DNA of 64,000 bases from Elusimicrobiales bacterium (lineage in GTDB: Bacteria > Elusimicrobiota > Elusimicrobia > Elusimicrobiales > UBA9959), in contig JAQTOU010000002.1 of NCBI GenBank assembly GCA_028713125.1, positions 398,583 to 462,582 on the forward strand. Reading direction: 5' to 3'. The translations under genes and the position numbers were made by a program. Shown here piece by piece: positions 38,152 through 45,705 of the stretch. Under the pieces are notes generated by a model. That model saw only the letters and a list, made by a program, of their open reading frames with translations. It was not told where the DNA came from and ran no database searches. Positions within the stretch are counted from its first letter, which is position 1; each line of letters begins with the position of its first letter.

Positions 38152-39120
38152 ATGGAAAATATGAAAAAACCGCTTTGGCTTGTTACCGGGGGGGCCGGGT
38201 TCATCGGCTCCAATATCGTCGAAGAGCTCGTACGCAGGAAATACCGCGTGCGGGTGTTCGATAATCTTTCCACTGGTTTTAAAGAGAACCTGGAGCTGTT
38301 CAAGGGTAAGATAGAATTTATAAAAGGCGACCTCCGCGAGCCGCGGGACCTGGTCAAGGCCATGAAGGGCGTCACCTACGTGCTGCACCAGGCGGCATTC
38401 CGCTCGGTTCCCAAGTCGGTGGATAATCCCCGCGCGGCCCATGATAATAACGCCACCGGAACCCTTAACGCCCTGATGGCGGCCAAGGCAGCGGGGGTGA
38501 AGCGCTTCGTTTACGCCGCTACCAGCTCCGCCTACGGGGAATGCCCGATCTTCCCTCAGAAGGAGACGCTGCCCACCGCCCCCATCTCGCCCTATGCCGT
38601 CAGCAAGCTGGCGGGGGAGCATTACTGCCATGTTTTCGCCAAGACCTACGGGCTCGAGACCGTGGCGCTGCGCTATTTCAATGTTTTCGGCCCGAGGCAG
38701 AACCCCGAGTCGGTCTACTCCGCCGTGATCCCGCGCTTCATGGAACTGGTGATGCAGGGCAAGCCGCTCGAGATCCACTGGGACGGGAAGCAGTCCCGCG
38801 ATTTCACCTACGTGAGCAATGTGGTGGACGGCAATATCCGCGCGGCGCTGGCGCCGTCCAGGGTTTCCGGGCTGACCATCAATGTCGCCACCGGCACGAA
38901 TATTTCGCTGCTGGACATCGCGAACCAGCTGGAAAAAATAACCGGCAAAAAGATAGAGAAGAAATTTTCCCCGAAGCGCCAGGGCGACATCAGGAAGACC
39001 TATTCCGATATCTCGCGCGCCCGCAGGGAGCTGGGTTATAAGACCCTGGTCACTTTCCCCGAAGGACTTAAGTTCACGTGGGATTATTTCTCGTCTAAAT
39101 TCCGGGGGGAAAGGAAATGA
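38152..39120 (+). CDS. SDR-family NAD-dependent sugar-nucleotide 4-epimerase (WbpP/TviC-like)
   Basis: 322 aa; Rossmann VTGGAGFIGSN and catalytic YAVSKLAGE; the start could be 38161. Confidence 0.85.
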   Translation: MENMKKPLWLVTGGAGFIGSNIVEELVRRKYRVRVFDNLSTGFKENLELFKGKIEFIKGDLREPRDLVKAMKGVTYVLHQAAFRSVPKSVDNPRAAHDNNATGTLNALMAAKAAGVKRFVYAATSSAYGECPIFPQKETLPTAPISPYAVSKLAGEHYCHVFAKTYGLETVALRYFNVFGPRQNPESVYSAVIPRFMELVMQGKPLEIHWDGKQSRDFTYVSNVVDGNIRAALAPSRVSGLTINVATGTNISLLDIANQLEKITGKKIEKKFSPKRQGDIRKTYSDISRARRELGYKTLVTFPEGLKFTWDYFSSKFRGERK

Positions 39121-39680
39121 TATTCAATGTCTCGTCTTCTTCGGGCTGGATAGAAGTGGTCTGCGGAAGCATGTTCTCGGGCAAGACCCAGGAGCTGATA
39201 CGCCGCCTTAAGCTCGCAAGCATAGCCAAGCAGAAAGTCCAGGTCTTCAACTCGCACCTGGACGTGCGCTATTCCAAGGAGCACCTCGTTTCCCACGATA
39301 AATCGACGCTGGCCGCCCGCCCGGTCAAGACCGGCAAAGAGATCCTGAAAGAGGTCGCCAAGGACACCCAGGTTGTGGGCATAGACGAAGCGCATTTCTT
39401 CGGCGACGAGATAGTGGAAGTGGCCCAGAAGCTGGCCGATTCAGGCCGCCGCGTCATCGTGGCGGGTCTGGACCAGGATTACCGGGGCGAGGCTTTCGCC
39501 AACATGGCGAAGCTCATGGCGGTCTCGGAGTTCGTCACCAAGAACCTGGCTATCTGCATGGTCTGCGGCAATCCCGCGCATTACAGTCAGCGCCTGACCG
39601 ATTCCGGACGCCGCATCGAAGTGGGGGCCGGCGATAAATACGAGGCCCGCTGCCGCAAGTGCTTCCAGCCGGAAAAGTAA
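39117..39680 (+). CDS. tdk: thymidine kinase
   Basis: 187 aa; P-loop GSMFSGKT; DEAHFF; C-terminal zinc ribbon CMVCG..A....C..C. Confidence 0.93.
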   Translation: MIFNVSSSSGWIEVVCGSMFSGKTQELIRRLKLASIAKQKVQVFNSHLDVRYSKEHLVSHDKSTLAARPVKTGKEILKEVAKDTQVVGIDEAHFFGDEIVEVAQKLADSGRRVIVAGLDQDYRGEAFANMAKLMAVSEFVTKNLAICMVCGNPAHYSQRLTDSGRRIEVGAGDKYEARCRKCFQPEK

Positions 39681-39737
39681 GGCCGGCCGGGGCATATTCC
39701 CGTCGGGCGATTAGAAATTCTCGATTCCTGATAACTT

Positions 39738-40238
39738 ATGTATAGATCCGAAAAATTCAACCCAACCTTGTTCGGGAAGTTGTTCCACCTGGGCGGCAAG
39801 CTCGCCGATGGCAACCGCTGGCTTAAGCTGGCCGAGGTCCTGCCCTGGGAAAAGCTAGACGCCGAATACGGCCGCTCCTTCTCGGCGGGCTACGGGCGCC
39901 CCGCGAAGGATTCCCGCCTGGTCTGCGGCCTGCTGGTGGTCAAGCGGCTTAAGGACCTGTCTGACGAGGACGCCGTGGCCGAGTTCATGGAGAGCCCGTA
40001 CCTGCAGGCTTTCTGCGGCCTTGAATATTTCTCGCTCGAGGACGTTATAAACCCGGGCATACTTTCGGAGCGCCGCAAGCGCCTGGGCCCCGAATTCCTC
40101 GCCCTGCTGGACGCGGAGCTTTCATCCGCGCTCAAAGCCAATAAGGACCTGAAGTTCCACCTGGCGCGCCCCGAAGCCAAAGGATCCTGCTTTTTCTGCT
40201 CCCTTCTCGAGAAAGCAGGCTCTCTCTTCTCCAAATAA
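39738..40238 (+). mobile_element. truncated IS5/IS1182-like transposase fragment (N-terminal DUF772-type region only)
   Basis: 166-aa ORF; GRPAKDSRLVCGLLVVKRLKDLSDEDAVAEFMESPYLQAFCGLEYF matches the InsH-type N-terminal domain; no DDE catalytic domain follows, and the ORF tail is unrelated sequence running into the tolB terminator. Confidence 0.6.
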
Positions 40239-40261
40239 AAAAGCGGAACAAGTGTTCCGCT
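40236..40261 (-). terminator. intrinsic terminator of the pal-cpoB-tolB unit
   Basis: The minus strand reads AGCGGAACA-CT-TGTTCCGCT followed by TTTTTTATTT, about 30 nt after the tolB stop. Confidence 0.8.
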
Positions 40262-40289
40262 GGCCTCTTCGATCCCCGACTCCCGATCG

Positions 40290-41582
40290 CTACGGCGACC
40301 AGTTCGGCGTGAACGACTGCCCCTTCATCTCGGCAAGCGGGTGGGGGGCGCTGCCGTCTGAGTCCATGATAAAGATCTCCCTGCGCCCGCCGCGCGTCGA
40401 GGTGAAGGCCACGAACCTGCCGTCCGGAGACCAGGAGGGGTCCTCATTGTCTCCGGCCTTGTAGGTCAGGCGCCGTATCTGGCTGCCGGTCAGGTCGGTT
40501 ATGAAAATATTGAAGTTTTCTCTGGGCGTTTCTCGCCCGGCGAACACGATCCACTCACCCGACGGGGACCACGAGGGCGAGTCGCACCAGTTAAAGCGCG
40601 TTAGCTTGCGGGTGGTGCCGGAGGCGACGTCCAGCACGTAAAGCTGCGGGTTGCCGGAGCGGTCGGAGACGAAAGCCACCTGCTTGCCGTCGGGAGCCCA
40701 GGTGGGGGAGGAGCTGACGCCGTAGCCGTTCAGCAGCTTCTTCACCGCCTTGGTCACTACGTTAAGGGTGTAGATGCCGGGGTCGTCGCCGCGGGAAAGC
40801 GTCATCACCATGGTCATCCCGTCCGGAGAGAAGCCGCCGGGGATATTGAGCCCCTGGAAGGTGGTGAAAGGCTTTATCTTGCCGGCCTTCAGGTCTATCT
40901 CGAACATGTCCGGGTTGCCCCAGCGGTAGGTGGTGTAGTAGATCCTGGAGGCGTCCACCGACCAGCGCGGGAGCAGGGTGATGCTGTTGTCCGAGGTAAG
41001 GCGGGACAGGTTCTCTCCGTCGTAGTCCGCCATGTAGATCTCTTTGCGTCCGGTGGCGTTGTTGGCGAAGGCCAGCTTGGAGTGAGCTATCCCCTTGCGC
41101 CCGGTCAGCTTCATCACCACGTCGTCGGCGAACAGGTGCGCCGCGCGGCGCCTCGCCCGGGGATCTTTCCCCTGGTAGAATTTCTCCATTACCGCTTTCC
41201 CGGTGGAAAGATCGTACAGGCTGGCGGCGAAGGTCCAGGCCGTTCCGGAATCCTGCGCCCTGCCCGTTACCAGGTGGGCGGCCATGGCCTTCCAGTAGTC
41301 GAGCGACTCTTTGCCCGTGTCCAGGTTGGCCTGGGCCATGGGATCCTCTTTGACGTCGAAATAGCGGGAATACATGAGGTCCGCGCGGATCACGCCGCGC
41401 ATCTCCTCGGCAAGATTGAGGTCTTCGGGAGTCTGGGGTCTTGAGGGGTGGAACTGGGCGATGGCCACGCCGGTCTTTTTGGCTTCGATCTGCGGCGAGA
41501 CGCCTATATAAACTTCGGTGCCGGCAATGGCGCGGGGCGCCAGCGCGAATATCGCGGCTGCCAGTACCGAAGTCTTGAGCAT
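40290..41582 (-). CDS. tolB: Tol-Pal system beta-propeller protein TolB
   Basis: 430 aa; signal peptide; N-terminal TolB domain and repeated propeller motifs P.WSPDG..IAF.S.R.G...IY. Confidence 0.92.
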   Translation of the reverse strand: MLKTSVLAAAIFALAPRAIAGTEVYIGVSPQIEAKKTGVAIAQFHPSRPQTPEDLNLAEEMRGVIRADLMYSRYFDVKEDPMAQANLDTGKESLDYWKAMAAHLVTGRAQDSGTAWTFAASLYDLSTGKAVMEKFYQGKDPRARRRAAHLFADDVVMKLTGRKGIAHSKLAFANNATGRKEIYMADYDGENLSRLTSDNSITLLPRWSVDASRIYYTTYRWGNPDMFEIDLKAGKIKPFTTFQGLNIPGGFSPDGMTMVMTLSRGDDPGIYTLNVVTKAVKKLLNGYGVSSSPTWAPDGKQVAFVSDRSGNPQLYVLDVASGTTRKLTRFNWCDSPSWSPSGEWIVFAGRETPRENFNIFITDLTGSQIRRLTYKAGDNEDPSWSPDGRFVAFTSTRGGRREIFIMDSDGSAPHPLAEMKGQSFTPNWSP

Positions 41583-42362
41583 TTAACGGCCTTTTTTTAT
41601 CGGGGCTTTGGCCGGCTTGGCGGCGGCTTTCGCGGGGGCGGCCGGCGGCTTAGGCATAAGCCGGTCTATGTAGTCTTTGGCCGTTTTGGCTTCCTGCGAC
41701 TGGGGGAAATCCTTTACCACGGACTGCAGGTATTTAAGCGCCTCGGCCTTTTTGTCTTCCGGCAGCTTAAGCAGCGCCATGGCGTATTTAAGCCTCGCGG
41801 CGGGCACGCGCGCGCTCTGAGGGAATTTTTCCAGCACGTTGGCGTAGGCCAGCGCGGCGTCCTGCCAGCGCTCCTTGAGGTAGAGCGACTCGCCGAGGTA
41901 GAAATAAGAACCTTCCGCCATTTCTCCGGCGGGGAACTTGGAAAGGTAGGACTTGAAGCCGGTGGCGGCGCCGTCGAAGTTGTTGTTGAGGTAAGCGTTG
42001 TAGGCGTCGTTGTAGATCTTCGCGGGGAGGAGCGAGGTCTCCACGGCCTCCTGCTGCTTGCGGATGGTGGCGCCGATGGCGTTGACGCGCTTGTTCATGG
42101 AATTGTCTATCTCGTCGAGCCTGGTGGTAAGGCGGTCCATCTGGCCGGAGATGTCCTTCATGCTCTCGGAGGAAGAATTGAGGTTCTTGGAGAGGTCCTC
42201 CATCTTCACGGCGAGCTCGGCCTGGTTCTTCTGCATGTTGGTCAGGCTGGTGTTCAGGTCGTCCATCTGGCTCTGCATCTGCAGCATATCCTGCTGCGTG
42301 GCCACGCAGCCGGAGGCGAACAGGCAGGCGGGCAGCAAAAAGAATATTTTTTTAAGAGCCAT
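41583..42362 (-). CDS. cpoB: Tol-Pal system protein CpoB/YbgF (coiled coil + TPR)
   Basis: 259 aa; lipobox-like LFASGC; N-terminal coiled coil; C-terminal TPR region YLGESLYLKERWQDAALAYANVLEKFPQS. Confidence 0.8.
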   Translation of the reverse strand: MALKKIFFLLPACLFASGCVATQQDMLQMQSQMDDLNTSLTNMQKNQAELAVKMEDLSKNLNSSSESMKDISGQMDRLTTRLDEIDNSMNKRVNAIGATIRKQQEAVETSLLPAKIYNDAYNAYLNNNFDGAATGFKSYLSKFPAGEMAEGSYFYLGESLYLKERWQDAALAYANVLEKFPQSARVPAARLKYAMALLKLPEDKKAEALKYLQSVVKDFPQSQEAKTAKDYIDRLMPKPPAAPAKAAAKPAKAPIKKGR

Positions 42363-42366
42363 TTTT

Positions 42367-42909
42367 TTATTTGCCCTTCACTTTCGTCTCGGCCCGGCGG
42401 TTCTGCATCCAGCAGGCGTCGGTCTGCTCGGAGCAGAGCGGCTTTTCCTCGCCGTAGGAGATGGTTCCCATCACGCTTTCCGGCACGCCCAGTCTCACGT
42501 AGTAGTCGCGCACCGACTTGGCGCGCTTCTGGCCCAGCGCAAGGTTATATTCCACGGTTCCGCGGTCGTCGCAGTGGCCTTCCACCAGCACGGTCCAGTC
42601 CTTGCGGGCTTTTATCAGCGCCGCGTTGGCCTGCAGAGCCGCGCGGGATTCTTCGGAAAGCTCGTAGCGGTCGTAGTCGAAATTGACGGTTTTTATGGTC
42701 GCCAGGCTCTGGAATTCAGTGCCGCGGATATCGCCCTCTGTGGAGGCGGCGGAGCCTTCCTGAATGTCCAGGGCGGGGATAGTTTCGGTCGCGGTGGTCA
42801 TGTCCACGGCCGTCTCGTCGGCTTTTTTATTCTTATTGCCGCAGGACGAAAGCGTGAAGGCGACGAACAGCGGCAGGACAAAAGCGGAGAGCAAAGTGTG
42901 TTTCTTCAT
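42367..42909 (-). CDS. pal: peptidoglycan-associated lipoprotein Pal (OmpA-like)
   Basis: Start at MKKHTLL (42909) preferred over 43008; lipobox LSSC; OmpA-like GHCDDRGTVEYNLALGQKRA; AGGGAGG Shine-Dalgarno. Confidence 0.9.
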   Translation of the reverse strand: MKKHTLLSAFVLPLFVAFTLSSCGNKNKKADETAVDMTTATETIPALDIQEGSAASTEGDIRGTEFQSLATIKTVNFDYDRYELSEESRAALQANAALIKARKDWTVLVEGHCDDRGTVEYNLALGQKRAKSVRDYYVRLGVPESVMGTISYGEEKPLCSEQTDACWMQNRRAETKVKGK

Positions 42910-42945
42910 TAACTGAACCTCCCTGATACTATCATAACCTATATA

Positions 42946-42973
42946 ATTTATAAAAATTCCCGCGTCTTTACAA
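42946..42973 (-). promoter_or_regulatory. candidate pal promoter (TTGTAA ... TATAAAT on the minus strand)
   Basis: The minus strand reads TTGTAAagacgcgggaatttTTATAAAT about 35 nt upstream of the pal ATG. Confidence 0.35.
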
Positions 42974-42977
42974 TAGG

Positions 42978-43006
42978 AATAAAAACGCAGGCCTGAAATG
43001 CCTGCC
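42978..43006 (-). terminator. minus-strand intrinsic terminator between the polyprenyl synthase gene and pal
   Basis: The minus strand reads GCAGGC-atttcag-GCCTGC followed by GTTTTTATT. Confidence 0.7.
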
Positions 43007-43042
43007 AAATGTTCTTTCGGAGGGGTGGCAGGGGTTACGCTT

Positions 43043-43130
43043 CGCGAACCCTTTGGGGATGGGGGGCCCCGCCATGAATTCCCAAAGGCGGGGGGAAACC
43101 GCGCAACGGTTTCCTCTTCCAGGGTTCGCG
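43043..43130 (-). other. GC-rich nested-hairpin element (three-way-junction-like); candidate structured RNA or 3-prime UTR
   Basis: Outer 10-bp helix CGCGAACCCT (43043-43052) / AGGGTTCGCG (43121-43130) encloses TTTGGG/CCCAAA around a near-palindrome ATGGGGGGCCCCGCCAT, and an 8-bp hairpin GGAAACCG-cgcaa-CGGTTTCC (43094-43114). Confidence 0.3.
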
Positions 43131-43189
43131 GGGCGGAATCCCTGACAGGACCCCGACTTTACTTCCCGCGGTTCTGAATCGGAAATAAA

Positions 43190-44155
43190 TTAAGCTGTGC
43201 GGGTGCCGAGGGTGAGGAGGAAGTCCTTGAGCGCGGCGGCTTCATCCTGGCGGGGGAATTTATCCACCAGCAGGAAAAGCTCCTTAAGCTTATCCGAAGC
43301 GATCTTCCTGGCCGTGCCGGAGAAGCCGCCCTTTCTTACAAGCCCGGCAAGATCGAGCGCGGGGGCAAGGTCCGCTTCGGGCCCGGCTTTAACGGCCGCA
43401 AGCAGTTTCTCGGCCGCGGGGCCGGCCTGCGGGTCGTTCAGGGCCAAAATGAGGGGGAGCGTGAATTTTCCTTCTTTTATATCTTTCAAAGTTTCTTTGC
43501 CGCAAGCACCGGCGTCGCCCTCGAAATCCAGCACGTCGTCGATTATCTGGAAGGCCGCGCCGGCCTCTTCGCCGAGGCGGGCGCAGTCCGCGAGAAGCTG
43601 GGGCTTTTCAGAAAGCCGGCAGGCCGCCAGCCCGCACCAGCGGAAAAGCGCGCCGGTCTTTAAAGTCACTATTTTCTCGGCCGCGGCGGCCGAGATCTTT
43701 TTGCCCCTGGAGTTCTCCTCTATCAGGGCGCCTTCGGCCATGCGCTTTACGGCTCCCGCCAGGCTTTCCTGCAGGTCGGGGGCGGCGCGGCCGGCGCATT
43801 CGATGGCCAGGGCGAACAAAATATCTCCAACCAGGATCGCGGAGTTCACCCCGAGCTGGTCATAGAGGGTCGGCAGGCCCCTGCGGTAGCGGGCCAGGTC
43901 GATGCAGTCGTCGTGCAGGAGGGAGGCTGTGTGGGTAAGCTCGGCCGCGGCCGCGGCTTTTTCAGCGCCGGCCTGCCCGGCGCCCAGCGCGCCGGCCGTC
44001 AGCAGGGTGAAGCGGGCCCTGGCCGCCTTGCCCATGAAGCTGAAAGGGTATTTTTTAAAATCAAAAACCTCGGAGTCTATGGCGCCGAGCTGGTCCGCGA
44101 TATAATCGTTAACCGTGCGCAGGGAGTTATCAATGTTCGGGGCGGTTTTTTCCAT
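43190..44155 (-). CDS. polyprenyl diphosphate synthase (IspB-like, long chain)
   Basis: 321 aa; first and second Asp-rich motifs LLHDDCIDL and FQIIDDVLD. Confidence 0.88.
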   Translation of the reverse strand: MEKTAPNIDNSLRTVNDYIADQLGAIDSEVFDFKKYPFSFMGKAARARFTLLTAGALGAGQAGAEKAAAAAELTHTASLLHDDCIDLARYRRGLPTLYDQLGVNSAILVGDILFALAIECAGRAAPDLQESLAGAVKRMAEGALIEENSRGKKISAAAAEKIVTLKTGALFRWCGLAACRLSEKPQLLADCARLGEEAGAAFQIIDDVLDFEGDAGACGKETLKDIKEGKFTLPLILALNDPQAGPAAEKLLAAVKAGPEADLAPALDLAGLVRKGGFSGTARKIASDKLKELFLLVDKFPRQDEAAALKDFLLTLGTRTA

Positions 44156-44168
44156 ATAAAATCAAAAT

Positions 44169-44174
44169 ATTATA
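44169..44174 (-). promoter_or_regulatory. minus-strand TATAAT box 13 nt upstream of the polyprenyl synthase ATG
   Basis: Plus-strand ATTATA at 44169-44174; ATG at 44155; no Shine-Dalgarno between. Confidence 0.3.
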
Positions 44175-44200
44175 GCATTTCCGGAAGACGGCTAGCCTGA

Positions 44201-44322
44201 AAGTTGCTGCTGCAACTTCCCGCCCGCATAGCGGGCGCCCTTCGGGAGGCATACACCTCCTCGGTCCTGGCGCGCATAGCGCTTGGCCCTCGGCCCGCTT
44301 CGCGGGGAATCCTGCTGGATTC
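44201..44322. repeat. array of six consecutive short GC-rich hairpins in the divergent spacer
   Basis: AAGTTGC-tgct-GCAACTT (44201-44218); CGCCCG-catag-CGGGCG (44221-44237); GGAGG-cataca-CCTCC (44245-44260); CCTGGCGC-gcata-GCGCTTGG (44266-44286); CCCGC-ttc-GCGGG (44294-44306); GAATCC-tgct-GGATTC (44307-44322). Confidence 0.6.
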
Positions 44323-44349
44323 AGGTTAAAGCGGCGCGCGCAAAAGTAA

Positions 44350-44355
44350 TATAAT
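44350..44355 (+). promoter_or_regulatory. consensus TATAAT box 6 nt upstream of the CDF transporter ATG
   Basis: TATAAT 44350-44355, ATG 44362, no Shine-Dalgarno. Confidence 0.4.
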
Positions 44356-44361
44356 CTTTGT

Positions 44362-45339
44362 ATGGGACACGACCACGAACACGGAGATCCTTCAAAGCAC
44401 GGTCATGAACACGGCCCGGACTGCGCCCACGGCCATGAGCATAGCCACGGGCACGGGCATCACGGCGCCCATTCCCAGCGCAGGGCCCTCACTATCGCTT
44501 TCTTCATAACGGCCGGCTTCATGGTGGTCGAGGCCGCCGGCGGCCTGCTCACCGGCAGCATGGCCCTCCTCAGCGATTCGATGCATATGATGACTGACGC
44601 GGCCGCGCTGGGGATGAGCTTTTTCGCGTCCCGCCTGGCCGCCCTGAAGCCGGACTCCTCCCGCACCTTCGGCTACCGGCGGGCCGAGGTTGTGGCGGCT
44701 TTAGCCAACGCCATGCTTCTGTGGATCCTGTCCGGCTATATGCTGCGCGAGGTTTATGACAGGTTCAACAGCCCGGTGCCGATACTTTACGGACCCATGC
44801 TCGTGGTCGCGGTGCTCGGCCTGCTGGCCAATTTGGCCAGCGCCTGGATACTGCACGGCCACAGCGAGGAGAATATAAATATACGGGGCGCTTTCCTGCA
44901 CGTGGTCAGCGACCTGGCCGGTTCCGTAGCCGCCATCATAGCCGGCGTCGTGATCTATTTCAGCGGCTGGTACCTTGCGGATACCATAGTCTCCCTCCTT
45001 ATAATAATCCTTATACTGTTCAGCTCCACCAGGCTGCTCCTGGAAGCTTTCCATATAATAATGGAAGGAGCCCCGAAGGGCCTTTCGCTGAAAAAGCTGG
45101 AAAAAGACCTGCGCGCGATAGACGGGGTCTCGGACGTGCATGAGCTTCACGCCTGGAGCCTGTCCTCCGGGTTCAACGCCCTGAGCGCGCACCTGGTGGT
45201 AAAGGACCCCTCCAAGCAGCAGTCGGCCCTTAAAACAGCCGCCGGCGGAGTGGCCCCGGCCTTCGGCATCCGCCACAGCGTGTTCCAGGTGGAGAGCGAG
45301 CCGGTGGAGAATTCCTCCTGCGATACCTGCGCCCAATAA
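44362..45339 (+). CDS. cation diffusion facilitator family metal efflux transporter (CzcD/ZitB-like)
   Basis: 325 aa; His-rich N-terminus HDHEHGDPSKHGHEHG..HGHEHSHGHGHHG; six TM segments with the CDF signature (LLSDSMHMMTDA, HVVSDLAGS); C-terminal cytoplasmic domain. Confidence 0.9.
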   Translation: MGHDHEHGDPSKHGHEHGPDCAHGHEHSHGHGHHGAHSQRRALTIAFFITAGFMVVEAAGGLLTGSMALLSDSMHMMTDAAALGMSFFASRLAALKPDSSRTFGYRRAEVVAALANAMLLWILSGYMLREVYDRFNSPVPILYGPMLVVAVLGLLANLASAWILHGHSEENINIRGAFLHVVSDLAGSVAAIIAGVVIYFSGWYLADTIVSLLIIILILFSSTRLLLEAFHIIMEGAPKGLSLKKLEKDLRAIDGVSDVHELHAWSLSSGFNALSAHLVVKDPSKQQSALKTAAGGVAPAFGIRHSVFQVESEPVENSSCDTCAQ

Positions 45340-45362
45340 ACTTCCTCCGCAACTTCCCAAAG

Positions 45363-45568
45363 AATGTAACTTAGGTCAAGTGTTACTTCATTGCCATGGC
45401 GCGGGCGGCCTTCATGCATTAGACTATCGGAAGTGTTGTTCGCGTGGCTACGAGCTGAGCAGTCACAGGTTTGAAGTAAATATGAAGTTTTCCGGAGATT
45501 CTTCACAGCAGGACCCTGTAGACTATACTTGAGGAGTGGCGCCGGTTTTATGTATCCTAAGTTACATT
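45363..45568. repeat. perfect 13-bp inverted repeat AATGTAACTTAGG (45363-45375) / CCTAAGTTACATT (45556-45568) flanking 180 nt of lower-GC non-coding sequence
   Basis: Read directly from the sequence; the interior contains complementary ACTTCA/TGAAGT and CTTCAT/ATGAAG pairs. Confidence 0.85.
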
Positions 45569-45607
45569 AAAACTTTGTTGACATGCGTCAAGTCTATTTA
45601 GTATTTT
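45556..45607 (+). promoter_or_regulatory. CCTAAGTTACATT box, 9 nt, TTGACA-N18-TATTTT promoter for the 1669-aa surface protein gene
   Basis: TTGACA at 45578-45583 (also part of the palindrome TTGAC-atgc-GTCAA), TATTTT at 45602-45607; about 90-nt leader with GGAGGG Shine-Dalgarno before the ATG at 45706. Confidence 0.45.
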
Positions 45608-45705
45608 TGCTAAGTGCCGTGTTTTTAGAATAGGCGGGGTCTTAATTTAAATATCGTTCATCGTCGGGGCGGCCGTGTAGTAACGGTCAATTAACGGAGG
45701 GTAAT

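Noticed and set aside
43122-43140. GGTTCGCGGGGCGGAATCC resembles an interrupted tRNA T-arm (GGTTCGAATCC)
   Set aside because: The T-loop is interrupted by 8 nt. No acceptor, D or anticodon arms can be drawn around it, so it is not a tRNA. I found no other tRNA-like T-arm signatures in the intergenic regions.
44196-44361. Possible metal-sensing (czcD/NiCo-type) riboswitch upstream of the CDF exporter
   Set aside because: I cannot match the hairpin array to the four-way-junction consensus from memory. A consensus TATAAT lies between the array and the ATG, which suggests the array may not be in the mRNA at all. I kept it only as an unexplained structured element.
45147-45506. 119-aa minus-strand ORF spanning the CDF gene's 3-prime end and the downstream spacer
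   Set aside because: It overlaps the well-supported CDF gene by about 190 nt, has no ribosome-binding site or recognisable motif, and has atypical composition. It is most likely spurious.
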